A stretch of 64,000 bases of DNA from Octopus sinensis (Eukaryota). Of this stretch, positions 22,484 to 35,640 are shown piece after piece. A program made the position numbers and the translations under genes. The first letter of the stretch is position 1. Each line of letters begins with the position of its first letter. The notes below the pieces were generated by a model that saw only the letters and a program-made list of their open reading frames with translations, ran no database searches and was not told where the DNA came from. The stretch spans positions 192,882,001 through 192,946,000 of the forward strand of contig NC_042998.1 in the NCBI RefSeq assembly GCF_006345805.1, given 5' to 3'.

Positions 22484-23420
22484 ATTAAACTTTAATGAAT
22501 TATAAAAGATTATTTTCCTTACATTAGATCTTCTTATTTATTCATTTTACTTTCATAATGTTAGGTATCTTTATAATTAATCACAAGGAAATGACAGAAT
22601 TTTCTGACAACAAAGAAGTAAAACAGTTTCCTTATGTTAGTGTTACACAAGACATGCTCTCTGTATGTGTATACTAAATAGTCAAGTTGGCTATTCTATC
22701 GCATGTTAATTATTGAGAAGTTACTCCTCAAATTGGTTTAATTGTTTGTTAGTTGGTTTGAAGAATCAGAAGTATATTCATTGACTAGTACTATTATTCT
22801 TACTGTAATAGTACATGCTGTTTTAGATAGATTATATAATAAAAATAATAACACCAATTTGAAATGAAACTATTTATAAGATCTTTGAAAGTTTATTTAT
22901 AATGCTTGTAATTTTATGAAGATGCTCTGTTGATTTTAAGATTAATATGTTCAGCAAATGAAAGGAAAACTAATGAATATTGTTTCGTTAAGTTATTATA
23001 AAAAACCTGATAAAAGTCCATACTATTTTTAGTACACTGACACCTCGGCTATTTAATACTGTGAAGGTCATCTACACCAGAACTGACTGGACAATGAACA
23101 ATGAGTGTAACAATAGAAAAAGTGAGGCACTTAGTGTTGCTACTAAAACTTACTGTGTTGATTATTAGTAGTGACCGATCACCAAAGAATGCAACCAATG
23201 ACGAAGTAACTTCCTGTCCTGGAAAATATGTAACTGCCATCTGATTATTACTATAAAATCACGAGAGTCCTCATTTACATATATATGTTCTTTTGTTCTT
23301 TTACATGTTTCAGCTCTAAGGCTGTGGCCATGCTGGAGCACTGCTACTGAGGAATTACAGATGTTTATAGCACCCAAGCAGTTACCCATCTAAGTACTAA
23401 CCAGGCTCAGTGTTGCTTAA

Positions 23421-24003
23421 CCCTTTCGTTACTGTATTTATTTTGAGATGCTCTGTGTTTCTTTCAATTATTTTAAATATAACAAAGAATTTAGTAAAAT
23501 AACATCGTTATCATTGAGCTGGTGTTAGGAACATAAATTGTGACTAAGATTTGGTGGAAGATTTTAATTCAAAACTTATCAAAACAAGAAATCTCTCTAT
23601 ATATAAACGGCAAAATGTCTGTCTGTGTCCTTTATACAAATCCACAATTTTTCAGTTAGAGGGCTCGCACTTTCTATGGTCATTCAAAACCATCCAAGGG
23701 TGGTCGTGCACATCTTTACATTTCCCCAGTCACCCTGCAAAGCCAATAAAAAATCAGTAGGAGTGACTTTTTTGTGAATTTTCTATCCAAAACCCAATCA
23801 AAATGCCCGAAACTTGATACGCTAATTGAATGCCAGCTAGCTGTATGTGATTAGTTGGAAATTTGGACGGTACTCGTGTGTAAGTGTGCATGCACGCAGC
23901 TGTATATGCATGCACTAGCACTATGACCCAGCAACGCCGGGTCAGAGTGCTAGTTTATACTAAAGAGCCAGAGCCAGTTTCAGCTGGGTTGGTAACGAAA
24001 GGG
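23421..24003. mobile_element. TTAA-flanked piggyBac-type MITE carrying a Helitron-like insertion
   Basis: ttaa|ccctttcgttac ... gtaacgaaaggg|ttaa; an uninterrupted copy is at 51105-51325. Confidence 0.88.
23592..23953 (+). mobile_element. Non-autonomous Helitron-like element (family H2)
   Basis: A|TC start (tctctctatatataaacgg), 3' hairpin gacccagcaacgccgggtc then CTAG|T; no TSD. Confidence 0.85.
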
Positions 24004-25304
24004 TTAACTTTGGTAATCAGACAAGAACCAGTGTTTTCTATGAGATATGGCCATAATATATACATTATATGTATATATGTTTTTTTCTTCGCCTGTTTTT
24101 TTTACAACATATTTTCCATACCATCTTGGCTAGAATGATGTGTGTTCACAGGTTTGGTGCCTTTCCTACAACTAGCTGCTCAGCTATAGACTAGTTAGCC
24201 CTACAAAGGCCAAGGGTACTTCCTTTCTTCTCCAGAGAAGAAACTGTTGTATATATGTCAGGTTGGCCTGTACCCTAACACTTTAATCACTGCACCATTA
24301 CATTTAACTTATGAACCTTGATTTGTTAGAGAGAGAGACAAGTTGATATTACTTCACCCAAGAATTTAGACTGACAGTAATTGAATAAGATGAACAACAG
24401 ATGAAGATAGGAAGACAGTTTCCCAACCTATAGAACCCATAGCAGTAAAATGAAGTTTAAAATGCACATCAAATCAGTGATATTCATTTTAAATACTCTT
24501 GTTAACTCAGTTAAGCAAGTTGTAAATAGATACAATTAATACAGCTGTTTAGTGTCAAGAGTGGGAGCACTATGTAACTGATAAGTATTTACCTAGCTGA
24601 CTGTGTTATAGTCATGTGTTCAGCTGACCTGAAGAAAGCAATGAAAATTTGTGCCAGTCACTCAACTTCTGCCCAGTGACCCCAAATTGTGTTGCTTAAC
24701 TTTTCAGTTTGAGACAAGCCCTACTTTTCATTATGAATTTAATGTGATTGTTGTTGTTGTTAAGCAACAAGACGGGTAAGGGTGATTAGGTGATGGTCTT
24801 GGGCTTAGGGGCAGGAGACCCCAGACCTTGGGGGTGAAAAAGAAAAATTTTGGTCTTGTAGTCAAGGGCTCTTCGTTGACGCCCGACACCACTGGGAGGT
24901 GACCCTCGAAGTCGCTGGAAATGGAGATCTCCAGGTCCAAATTCTTGAATGGCAATTTAATGTGAAGGCTGGCATAAGCAATCTATTCCATAATAAAAAA
25001 TCAGGCCAAACAATCTACAGCTATGTGGAATCTTGCACATCTTTATGACTAGAAGAAATATTTTGATATCAATAAGACAGGAATATTTAATTGGTCAGAA
25101 TACTTTTATTAGCAATGATATTTATTAAAGAATATTATGGCAGTTGACTTAGAAATTTCAGAGTTCAACTTAATAAAAAAAGATGTTGCAGCAGAGATGG
25201 AGACTTAGTTATATGTTCAATTCTCATTTAAATCAACCAGCAACTTCATCCAGTTGGGGATGCTACTATGTAACTCATGATAATATAGTATGTCATCATC
25301 ATCG

Positions 25305-25742
25305 TCATCATCATCATCATCGTTTAACGTCTGCTTTCCACACTAGCATGGGTTGGACGATTTTGACTGAGTTTCTACAGCTGGATGCCCTTCCTAATGC
25401 CAACCACTCCGAGAGTGTAGTGGGTGCTTTTTATGTGCCACCGGCACGGGGGGGCCAGTCAGGCTGTACTGGTAACGACCTCGCTTTGAATCTTTTTACA
25501 CATGCCACTGGCATAGGTGCCAGTGAAGCGACGTTGGTAACGATCACGCTTGAATGGTGCCCTTTTACTAGTACTAGTTGACTACGGAAGCCAGTTGGTT
25601 GCTCTGACAACGATCACACTCGGATGGTGCTCTTGGCACCCTACTAGCATGGGAACAAGTGCCAGTAAGGCGATGCTGGTAACAATCATGCTCAAATAGT
25701 GCCTTTTAAGTGCCACTGGCACAGAAGCCAGTTAGCCGCTCT
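25305..25742 (-). mobile_element. SINE-like repeat family C with internal subrepeats
   Basis: Same family C terminus, followed by repeated 'gtgccactggca...aacgatcac' units. Confidence 0.85.
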
Positions 25743-27626
25743 ATGTATTGATATAAAAGATACAGATAGAATTTAAAATGCCAGACAAGATTTCGTTAGT
25801 GCTAATTTCAAGGTCCATTAGATGTTTTAGTTTTGCTGCTATTTTACTTCCAGTTCACCGCAAAGGAAATTGCAAACTGCCAACTGTGATCTTATCACTG
25901 TTCTCAAATATTAGTGTTTGCTATTAGTTGCTGCTCAACATTGAGCCAGTTTTTGAAAAACACTGTTTAATAACCTTTCTTCATTAAATCTTTCATAATA
26001 TTTATTTAATAACTCGTTCTAATTTACTGGCTTGCTATCTTGTTGACACAATCGGCCTGGCAGGACCGAAGTCAGTTGGGGGAATTAAAGAGAACAGGAC
26101 AAGTGAAACGGAAAACAAGAGATGTGATAATCTAGTTGAATAATTATGGTAGGAGTCTTTGTTGTATGAATTCAAGCCCACCCCACCCCACCGACCCACT
26201 TCATTTTAGGAGTCAATGAATTTTTAACTTTGCTGTCTCTCTGGTCTGGATTAGCTGTTTATCACATTAGTATGAAACTTCAAAGATGTCTTGTTCCTTT
26301 GCCAAACAATCAATATTCATATTTCATAATTAACTTGATAACAACAACCATTTTAATTAACATGGGACACTCTCCTTCAGACTAACTATTCATTCATTTT
26401 TTTTTACTTTTTACATTTGTTTTTTCTATGTTAGCATGAGTTAGATAAGTATATTATTTAGGTATTGCTCTGCAACTGGATCCCATTCCTGGCACAAACC
26501 CTGACCTGTTTTTCAAGTAAGGAACCTCTTATTCCACATGTCTTCAACGGCACAAAGTCAATGGTTGATTGTTGACAAGAGACCACAATGTCACCACTTG
26601 TAGCTCAATGACTTTCAGAGAAGTACAAACATAAGCAAGCACACAGATTCCAAGCTTCTTACCAAATCCACTTACTAGGTTTTAGTCATTTCAGGCCTAT
26701 AGTAGAAGACTACTGCCCAAGGTGTTGTGCAGTGGGACTAAGCCTGAAATCTTGGGGCTGTAAAGCAAACATCTTAACTACACAGCTACACCTGTGTTAA
26801 ATTCAACAAACGCCATGTACAAATTCCTTTTGTTCTTTTGGTTTGTCAGAATGTGAAATTTTTGGTAAAGAAACTGTAGCTTATCACTGAAGTATAAAAT
26901 ACTGAATAATCCGAAAACCTTTTAGGAAACATAGTTGAATGTTGTTTGATCAATTATCAAAGTAAAGCATGCACAAGCCCAGCAATTTTGGGGAAGGGGG
27001 TAAGTCAATTAGATTGACCCCCAGTAGTCAAGTAGTGCTTATTTTATTACCCCTGAAAGGATGAAAGGTAAAGTCAACCTCAATAGAATTTGAACTCAGA
27101 ATGTAAAGACAGACAAAATGCCTCTAAGCATTTTGCTCGATGCAGTAACAGTTCTACCAGTTCACCACCTAATGGAGTTATATTAAAATTTAACTGGTAA
27201 AATTTTCACTTTTTTCTTATTTTTATTTTCCTAGTCAAGACTATTGAAAAGGTTGCAAGATGCAACGAAAATTTTAGAAAAATAAAAATAAGAAAAAAGT
27301 GGAAATTTTACCAGACACAAAAAAGAAAATGACTCTCCCCAGACACAACAGAATTAATCTGTAATGATTAAAATTAATTAATTGGTATATGCTTGGCTTG
27401 GCTTGGTAACAAGTGCAGATAATTTAACATTAATATTAACAAAAAGTTAATATTAGTAGCTTCTAAAATTGACAACACAACTGTTTCTGAAACACCCTGA
27501 TTTAGAGAATATATTTTTATTGCTATTATCAGAATTAAACTGGTATTTATTGTTTTATTATAAACTTTGAGTTTACTTAAAAACCTGTTTCCCTTATCCC
27601 TCAATCTGCTTTCACTGTACTGGAAA

Positions 27627-27865
27627 ATCATCATCATCGTTTAACGTCTGTTTTCCATGCTAGCATGGGTTGGATGGTTTGACCAGGGTCTGGGAAGCCA
27701 GGAGGCTGCACCAGGCTCCAGTCTGATCTGGCAGAGTTTCTACAGCTGGATGCCCTTCCTAACACCAACCACTCCGTGAGTGTGGTGGGTGCTTTTTACA
27801 TGCCACCGGCACAGGTGCCAGGCAAGGCTGGCAACGGCCACAATCGGTTGGTGCTTTTTACGTGC
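27627..27865 (-). mobile_element. SINE-like repeat family C
   Basis: Family C motifs. Confidence 0.85.
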
Positions 27866-27869
27866 TATG

Positions 27870-28270
27870 AAAAGACTATGAAAATTCAAAGCAAGGACCT
27901 CAACTCTGTTATGGTCAAACAAATTGAAACATTTTATATATTTAAGAAGCATAGTATATCTCAGCATATTAAGCAGAGAATTTTCCAATGGTGACATCAA
28001 ATCTGTGTTGACATTAGTTATCCAGAAATTGTGAGCAACAAAAACCTCTTTGCCAAACCACATGGGAACTCATCATCCAACAAGTGGTGAGACAAAAATG
28101 GAACTGAGTAGATCATATGTCAAGAAGACGAGAGAGAGAGGGGATTACTGAGGCACTCTTTTAATTAGGCACCAGAGGAAATAAGGAGGGTAGGATGCCT
28201 GAGAATCACCTGGTGGAGACTGGTAGAAGAGGAACTGAAGATGAGGAATCTATGTTCCAAAAGAAATCTC
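27870..28270 (+). mobile_element. RTE-like LINE 3' fragment, highly decayed
   Basis: Remnants '...VVRQKWN*VDHMSRR...' and '...TWWRLVEEELK...' resemble the RTE ORF2 C-terminus. Confidence 0.55.
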
Positions 28271-28314
28271 AATGAGTCATAATGGCGAGGAAAGGCATGT
28301 TAGAATTATTAGAT

Positions 28315-28728
28315 AGGTGTAGGAGTGACTGTGTGGTAAGTAGCTTGCTTACCAACCACATGGTTCCGGGTTCATTCCCACTGCGTGGCACCTTGGTCAA
28401 GTGTCTTCTACTATAGCCTCGGGCCGACCAAAGCCTTGTGAGTGGATTTGGTAGACGGAAACTGGAAGAAGCCCATCGTATATATGTATATATATATATG
28501 TATGTGTGTATATGTTTGTGTGTCTGTGTTTGTCCCCCCACCATTGCTTGACACCCGACGGTGGTGTGTTTACGCCCCCGTAACTTAGCCGTTCAGCAAA
28601 AGAGACTGATAGAATAAGTCTTACTAGGCTTACAAAGAATAAGTCCTGGGGTCGATTTACTCGACTAAAAGGCAGTGCTCCAGCATGGCCGCAGTCAAAT
28701 GACTGAAACAAGTAAAAGAGTAGAGAGT
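28315..28728 (+). mobile_element. SINE family A, full length
   Basis: Head, internal microsatellite and tail all present. Confidence 0.92.
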
Positions 28729-29201
28729 ATGTATTGTGTAGCGTTTAATGTAATGCTATGTCAATGGAGCAGGATTTAGTTCTTGAAAGTAAGTTATGTT
28801 AAAATCAAATTCTGATTGGGAACAAAATAAGTGGTTTAGTGGAGGTAGTATATTTATTACAAGAATCACAGCAATAATAATCATCATCATTCATTAAGAA
28901 ACATAATGAACTTTTAGGTTTTGAATGGTTGTTAAATTCCACTGATGTTAGGAAATAAAACTATATCTCTATACGTTTGTAATGATGAATCAGCTTAATT
29001 TTGTGAAATGCTCTTGTCTAAGATATTGAAACTATTTTCATTTAGAGTGTAAGTCATTGATAAAGAACACCAGCCTACTTTATTTAGTTATCTAGTATTT
29101 ATTCTTTACAGGTCAAAATTTTCGTTGGTGTTTTGTTTCGGTGGAGGGCGCCGTGAGCGTTTTCCTCCAGCCAGTTTTTATCAAATTAGTAGTGTTAACA
29201 C

Positions 29202-29514
29202 CTTGAACTGATACTTTTGCAGAATTTCCTTAACCGGATAACATTCATTTCTAGTATCCATGATTAGATTATAACTCCTAAATAGAAGAAAGCTTGACCA
29301 AAAGAGTTAAAAAAGTGACAACAAAGCTAATCTTTAAAATATCGTGCACTTCAGGGGATGGCTTCCTCTTACAAAAGATTCACAATTTGAGTCCATTTGG
29401 TAAATGCCTGAAGTTGTGTTTCATGGACGGTGAATAATTTGTTTGATGAAATGAAAGAAACATGACAGTGAAAATTAAGGGACAGCAAGGTATGAATGGC
29501 ATCAACTTTAGCTG
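29202..29514 (-). other. Candidate two-exon coding segment (29373-29514 and 29202-29277) or a pseudogene remnant
   Basis: A 95-nt intron (TTT|gtaaga ... ctttcttctatttag) joins the two pieces in frame: AKVDAIHTLLSLNFHCHVSFISSNKLFTVHETQLQAFTKWTQIVNL-L-SYNLIMDTRNECYPVKEILQKYQFK. A competing plus-strand model exists. Confidence 0.3.
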
Positions 29515-30687
29515 CTGTGAACGGATCAGTTCCTTGTAGTACTTCTCAATACAGATTCTTAATAACTTTCCCTTTATCACATATTTGAAAAAACACTTTC
29601 TTAATGAAAGCTCTCAGGATGTTTCCATACTCGGAGTTGACACTTTCTGCATTCTTACATAGGAGTTACACACATTGTGTGTTTTAATGGGGCGGAAATG
29701 ATACTTCGGATTTTTCATTCAGTGAAATTATCTCCTGTTATTTTCCTGGAAACTAACTCACCAATTAATCAAAACTCTACTGAAGCGGGAAATACTGATA
29801 TTTTATTTTTGTATCGGAACCTACATTTATTGTTAATTTAGGCTAAAAAAAAAAAAAAAAAAAATCAACAATGGCCTGTTGTAAATCAACTTCAATTTTC
29901 AATCCCATCTATGTGTAAGTTCTATTTTACTACTTTTAATATTTCAATCTAACTTTGTATACTTCTCAAACTAAAGTAATTGATTTCTAGGAAGATTCGT
30001 TCTTTAATTAATAATCTAGTTAAAAAGAGATTTTTTTTGTTTTTTATTCTAAGAACTCTTTTTTTTTTTTATACATTTATTAACAAACTGCTTTTCTGAA
30101 AGACTTGTCTGTTTCTTTTACATTTAGAGGTTAAATAATGCACTGATGTTTTACTCTGTAATATTTGAATCTCATCAGAATCCAACACTATTAGCAACTT
30201 TGATCAAATGCCTTATTGCAGATTAAAGCCATTTCTTTGGAGGAAATTCTTAAAGAAATTCTTGAATTTTCTTTCTCTTCTTTCCTTTTTCATTAGTGTT
30301 TGTTAATTTTAGAAATTCTCTAAGGAAGGGATTACTTAAAAATTGAGCTTCTTTTTTGTCTCAGAAGTAAATGTCAGCAGGTGTACAGTTGCAGTTGGGT
30401 ATTATATTCATCAGAACAATTACAATTTTCAACTAAATCTTGGCAAAAACTAAAAATTTTGAAAACTACTATCAAATAGTAAATTGAAAGTCTGGTTTGA
30501 AAAGAATGTTCTTGTGTTTAATTTAGAAATTTAAAGTAAATTCAACCACCCAAACTTCTTTGGTTGGTCTTAAATCACTTTTAAGTTTACTGTGATAACA
30601 TGTGGACAAAAGTATAGCCAAATGTATAGACTTCAACTTAACTGTTAATTACACTAATGGTTACATTTTAATTATTTTAGTCCTTCT

Positions 30688-31095
30688 CTTTATACTCTTT
30701 TACTTGTTTCAGTCATTTGACTGTGGCCGTGCTGGAGCACCACCTTTAGTCGAGCAAATCGACCCGGGACTTATTCTTTGTATAAGCCCAGTATTTATTC
30801 TATCGGTCTCTTTTTGCCGAACCGCTAAGAAACGGGGACATAAACACACCAGCATCGGTTGTCAAGCAATGCTAGGGGGACAAACACAGACATACAAACA
30901 CACACACGCATATATATATATACATATATACGACAGGCTTCTTTCAGTTTCCGTCTACCAAATCCACTCACAAGGCTTTGGTCGGCCCGAGGCTATAGTA
31001 GAAGACACTTGCCCAAGGTGCCACACAGTGGGACTGAACCCGGAACCATGTGGCTGGTAGACAAGCTACTTACCACACAACCACTCCTGCACCTA
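30688..31095 (-). mobile_element. SINE family A, full length, flanked by a 66-bp direct repeat
   Basis: Family A sequence; flanks 30622-30687 and 31101-31166 match with 5 mismatches. Confidence 0.92.
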
Positions 31096-31379
31096 TGGAC
31101 ATGTATGGACTTCAACTTAACTATTAACTACACCAATGGTTACATTTAAATTATTTTAGTCCTTCTGACTATAATTTTATACATTTCTCACCAAAAGAGT
31201 TTTATCATATCAAATACTTCAGTGTAACTTTGTATACCTAGCCAGGTAAACAAAATGGTTTCAAATAAGAATAATGTTTCAATTAATAATTTGGTCAACA
31301 AATTATGTTTTTGAACAAAATTATTTATTTATACCTATGTCGTGCTTTGTGCGATATAATTAATTTTGGTTCCATTTTG

Positions 31380-31790
31380 TCTTTGCAAAAACATTTTGTC
31401 TTTGGAGAGAAGATGGGACAGGTATGCAGTAATATATATCTAGAAGATCCTGGAAGGAATTGTGCCAAATTTTGGCATTGAAAACTACACCAATGCCAGA
31501 ACGGGTTGACACTGCATAGTGCCAAAGATCCCAGCAATACCATCACGTTTCAGGACCAGTTACTGCAGCAGCCTGGGTTTCAAGGGCCCACAGCTTTTTG
31601 ATATTCTCCCAAAGAGTCTGAGGAATTTGCACAAAGTAGATGTAGGGTTTTTTAAAGCAAAGCTGGACCTCTTCCTGTCGAGAGTCCCAGTTGAAAACTA
31701 CCTCACGGCAAGAGGTGGAAATGAGGGTAACTATATCAAATTCCATTCTTCACCAAGTGCCACATATTAGAGGAGGGTCTTAGTAATAAC
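31380..31790 (+). mobile_element. L2/CR1-group LINE 3' fragment (second family)
   Basis: Translation '...YAVIYI*KILEGIVPNFGIENYTNARTG*HCIVPKIPAIPSRFRTSYCSSLGFKGPQLFDILPKSLRNLHKVDVGFFKAKLDLFLSRVP' has the pattern of a LINE ORF2 C-terminus. Confidence 0.75.
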
Positions 31791-33424
31791 AGTGTAGCAC
31801 AAAACGGCGGTGCTTCAGCATGGCCACAGCTCTGAGCTAAAACTAGAAAGAAAAAAAATGCACTTTTTGTACATCATTGAATGTATATAAGGCATACACA
31901 ATTAGATAAAAGTGCTTGTAGTATACCAATGAAAGGTCTTAGGAGTTAGTTTCTAAGTAAGAACCAAAATCACAACGGTTGAAGATGTGTTCTCAAAAAA
32001 GTTAGGCTTTTCACCCAAGACAGTTTTCACTGCCAATTTAAACTAAGTATGTTTGTTCCTGCTAAATTGGTAATGTCATTTACTGTATGGTGTATTACAT
32101 AATTAATCATTGTTCACACTTGTTTCAACCTGTTCCAACATTTCAGAGATAAAACAGCAGCTTCATTTGCAGATGTTTTTGTCACAAAAATATGGTACAT
32201 CAAGAAATATAAATGTTAGATATTATTAATGACTTAAGTGAAATTGGACTCAAACCAAATAGTAAATAGCAAATTGGAGGAAAAAAAAAAATTATTGTTA
32301 TTAAGCAAAACTCTGGACAACACATTTTATGTTAGAAACTAACAAAATATATGATGATTTAACTTTGATACTATTAACATACCATTTCTATTACATAAGA
32401 CTTTCTCTTGAATGTCAAACGACTCTTCTTACTGTTTACTTACAATACCATATTTCTTTTTCTTTCTTTTCTCTCTCTCTCTCTCTCTCTATTTTTTTTC
32501 TTCTGGAATAAAAACTGTCTTCCTTGTTTATAAAACATATATGGTTACAAAATAGATATTTGTTATTTGCTTACAACAAAATAAAATTTTATTGCCATTT
32601 GTGTTGGTGCTATAGAATTTCCATCTATGATGATGATGATGGTGATACTGATAATGATGATGATGATGATGTATTCTGGAACTTCCAGAATTTATTTTCA
32701 AATATGTTGAGAACAATATCAACACTCAGAAATGCTTTTAGTGTATTGCCATTCAATATTAACCATTTTGTGTGGATGTTATTTAAGACTGCTATAAATA
32801 AAGTGTTCTTCATTAGCGAAAACTATTTCTTAAACAAGTTCTTTTTTCTTTTTTATCTTAAAAGATGCTAATGTGAAACTTAGGATTAGATATTTTCTAT
32901 TGTCATAAAGTTATTCATTTTTCCACTTCTTAGTAACACAATCTATAAACAAACTAAAGAGAAAAGCCTCTTATTGCTTTTAATACACCATCTGGTTGCA
33001 CAGCCCTCTCTGACCTTTGGCTACCTTTAGTGATGTCACTCTGTTGCAAGCAACCAAGCTAAGTCTCCAGTTTCAGAATAACGTCTCTACTACAAGTCTC
33101 AGAGATCCTGCAAAGAGTCATAGATACTGCCATTCCTCTCTCGACTAAAGCTCTAAATAAAGATAGGTGTTTCTTGATTTGCAACCAAATCTTCCTTGTA
33201 CCACATCCTATCATATTAAGGTTGGATACATTGGATATTGTAGACTTTAGTATACAATATTAAAATATAAAGACCGATGTTCATAATTGTAGCAACTTTT
33301 AATCTAAAGCACACTCTGTCAAGGCTGACTTGAGATTAAACAGCAACAACTATCTGAAGGTTTCCCTACCATGAAATTGTGGGTCGCTGAATTGATAAAG
33401 TGGAATGGTATTGATATTTTGTTG

Positions 33425-33778
33425 AGCTGGCCTTCATGCCGATGCCACGTTAAACACACCATTCAAGCGTGATCGTTACCGCATCGCCTTACTAGCACTT
33501 GTGCTAGTGGCATGTGAAACATTCGAGCGAGGTCATCGCCTGTGCCGCTGGACTGGCTCCTGTGCAGGTGGCACATAAAAAGCACCATTTGGGCATGGCC
33601 ATTGCCAGTTCCACCAAACTGGCCATCTACACTCTCGGAGTGGCTGGCATTAGGAAGGGCATCCAGCTGTAGAAACTGCCAGATCAGATTGGAGTTTGGT
33701 TCGCCAGACCTCAGTCAAATCGTCCAACCCATGCTAGCATGGAAAGCGGACGTTAAATGATGATGATGATGATGATGA
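33425..33778 (+). mobile_element. SINE-like repeat family C, opposite orientation
   Basis: 'ggcattaggaagggcatccagctgtagaaac...ccaacccatgctagcatggaaagcggacgttaaatgatgatg'. Confidence 0.88.
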
Positions 33779-34689
33779 ATCAGATTTTTCATAAGTATTG
33801 TCTTGTGCAAAATGTATTACATCATAGTCATAAAAATCTATTTTTAATTACTAATACAAATAAACAAATTTTAGATAAATTTCATCATCATCATCATTTA
33901 ACATTCACATTCCAAGTTGGCATGGATTCTATGGTTTGACAAGATCCGACAGACCCAAAGACTACACTGAGCTCCTGTGTTTACTTTGACATAGTTTCTA
34001 TGACTGAATGCCCTTCTTAATAGCAACCACTTTATGGCATGTACTGGGTGTTTTTTCTCAAGGCACCAGCATCTGTGAGGCTGCCATGCAATCCATGTGA
34101 CTAAGACCCCCAATTCTTTTCTACACTAGGCACAAGGCTTAACATTTTTTTTGGAGATAGTGGGATGGCAGTTGATTAGATTTCCCCCAGTATGCAACTG
34201 GTACTTAATTTATTGACCCTGAAAGGATGAACAGCAAAGTTGACCTCGGCGGAATTTGAACTCAGAATGTAAAGACAGAAGAAATACTGCTAAGCATTTC
34301 GCCCAGCATGCTAAAATTTCTGCCAGCTCACCACCTTACCAAGAACTCTTATTGACTGGGTGCAGATACAGTAAAGTGGTATGAGGGGCTAAAGTGTGAT
34401 AGGAGGGACCAGAATAGAACCGGTTTCTTGCAATAGATGAGCTACATAACTGTTCACATTTTAGGAAAGAGGGTGGGAGTGGCCAAGGTGGAACTGGAAA
34501 GAAATAAGATAGCGGTGATGAGGTGTCTGGGTTGGGTGAACCCACAAGATACAGGTGAACAGAAGTGAGTAGGGATAGGAGAACAGGAAGTGTGGGTTTG
34601 TTGAGGTTACAGGAGTGTATTGGTGGGGGAGAGATGGTTTGGATGAGAGGATGAATATAATAAAGAACAAGTGTTAAGGGATGATAACT

Positions 34690-35640
34690 ATAGAAGATTG
34701 GAAAGGTAGGACCTTCTCCAAGTCAGTAAAAGCTAGGAATAATGGTTTGCTCTTTGCTAGATATTTCTCCTGTAATTGCCTCATTAGAAAGGTTGTATCC
34801 ATGCTACTTTTTTCAAGTGTGAAGCAAAGTTGCATCTTTTTTAGGTCTACTCTGTTATGGATCAATTGTGTTCCAAAACCTTCATAACCTGATCCAATAG
34901 TCTGATTCCTATATAGCTGTTTCTAAGGCATTTCCTTTGAATTTGTAGCAGCTTACAATGATAGTACTACACTAGTTCTTGTGTATGGCAGCTTCTTGTA
35001 TAATTTCATTAATTATCCAGCTGGTAATCATGTATCCTACTTTACCAGATATTTTGAGAATCTCTGCGCTATCCCAGATGAATCCTGCAGCTTTCCCTCT
35101 TTACATGCCTTTAATCACTTTATGTCTGCATTCCTGTCAGCTTGAATTGCTGGTCCCTCTGTAAGGTCAGCATGAGATATTCCTTGCATTGTCCCTACTC
35201 GGTAACCTCATAAGAACATAATAACACTTCCATACCATTTTCTTGTTCTCCATATCAACAATAAGAATGCTTTCCTTATTCTGAGTACACCACTTGCCAA
35301 TAATGTCCCAATTCTCCCTCACAAATTGTCTCACAATCTTGAAAGCTCTGTGCCTCTATTCTTCACAGTGCAGAACATGCACAAACCTCTTCTTTTCTGC
35401 TTCACCCTTATCCAAGTACACCTTTTCCCACTGCCCTTCTAGCCATTTGGAAATGCTCCCTGCTATCTAAGTTCTAGGTTTTACAAGTCTGTCCCTTAGC
35501 CTTTACTTCCCTATCAACTGTGTTATTCCACCACCACGATCCCTTGCCTCAGTCACGTGTCTGATCTGTAGCCCTAAGCAGGTTATTTCATAGAAATCCC
35601 CAGCTGTCACCTCTGATATCGAAGTCTTTCTACGACAGTC
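34690..35640 (-). mobile_element. RTE-type LINE reverse transcriptase fragment, decayed
   Basis: Minus-strand 'RVDLKKMQLCFTLEKSSMDTTFLMRQLQEKYLAKSKPLFLAFTDLEK' matches the non-LTR RT motif (Q.GF...RST.DAIF..RQLQEKY.....L.LAF.DLEKAFD). Confidence 0.8.

Noticed and set aside
29530-29560. Selenocysteine read-through of the in-frame TGA (KNLY*EVLQG)
   Set aside because: No SECIS or selenoprotein motif identified; splicing or pseudogenisation explains the stop more simply.
32524-32871. 115-aa plus ORF with poly-Asp, and overlapping minus ORF with an LRR-like 'KWLILNGNTL'
   Set aside because: The Asp run is a (GAT)n microsatellite, neither strand has convincing paired splice sites, and a single LRR-like decamer is not enough.
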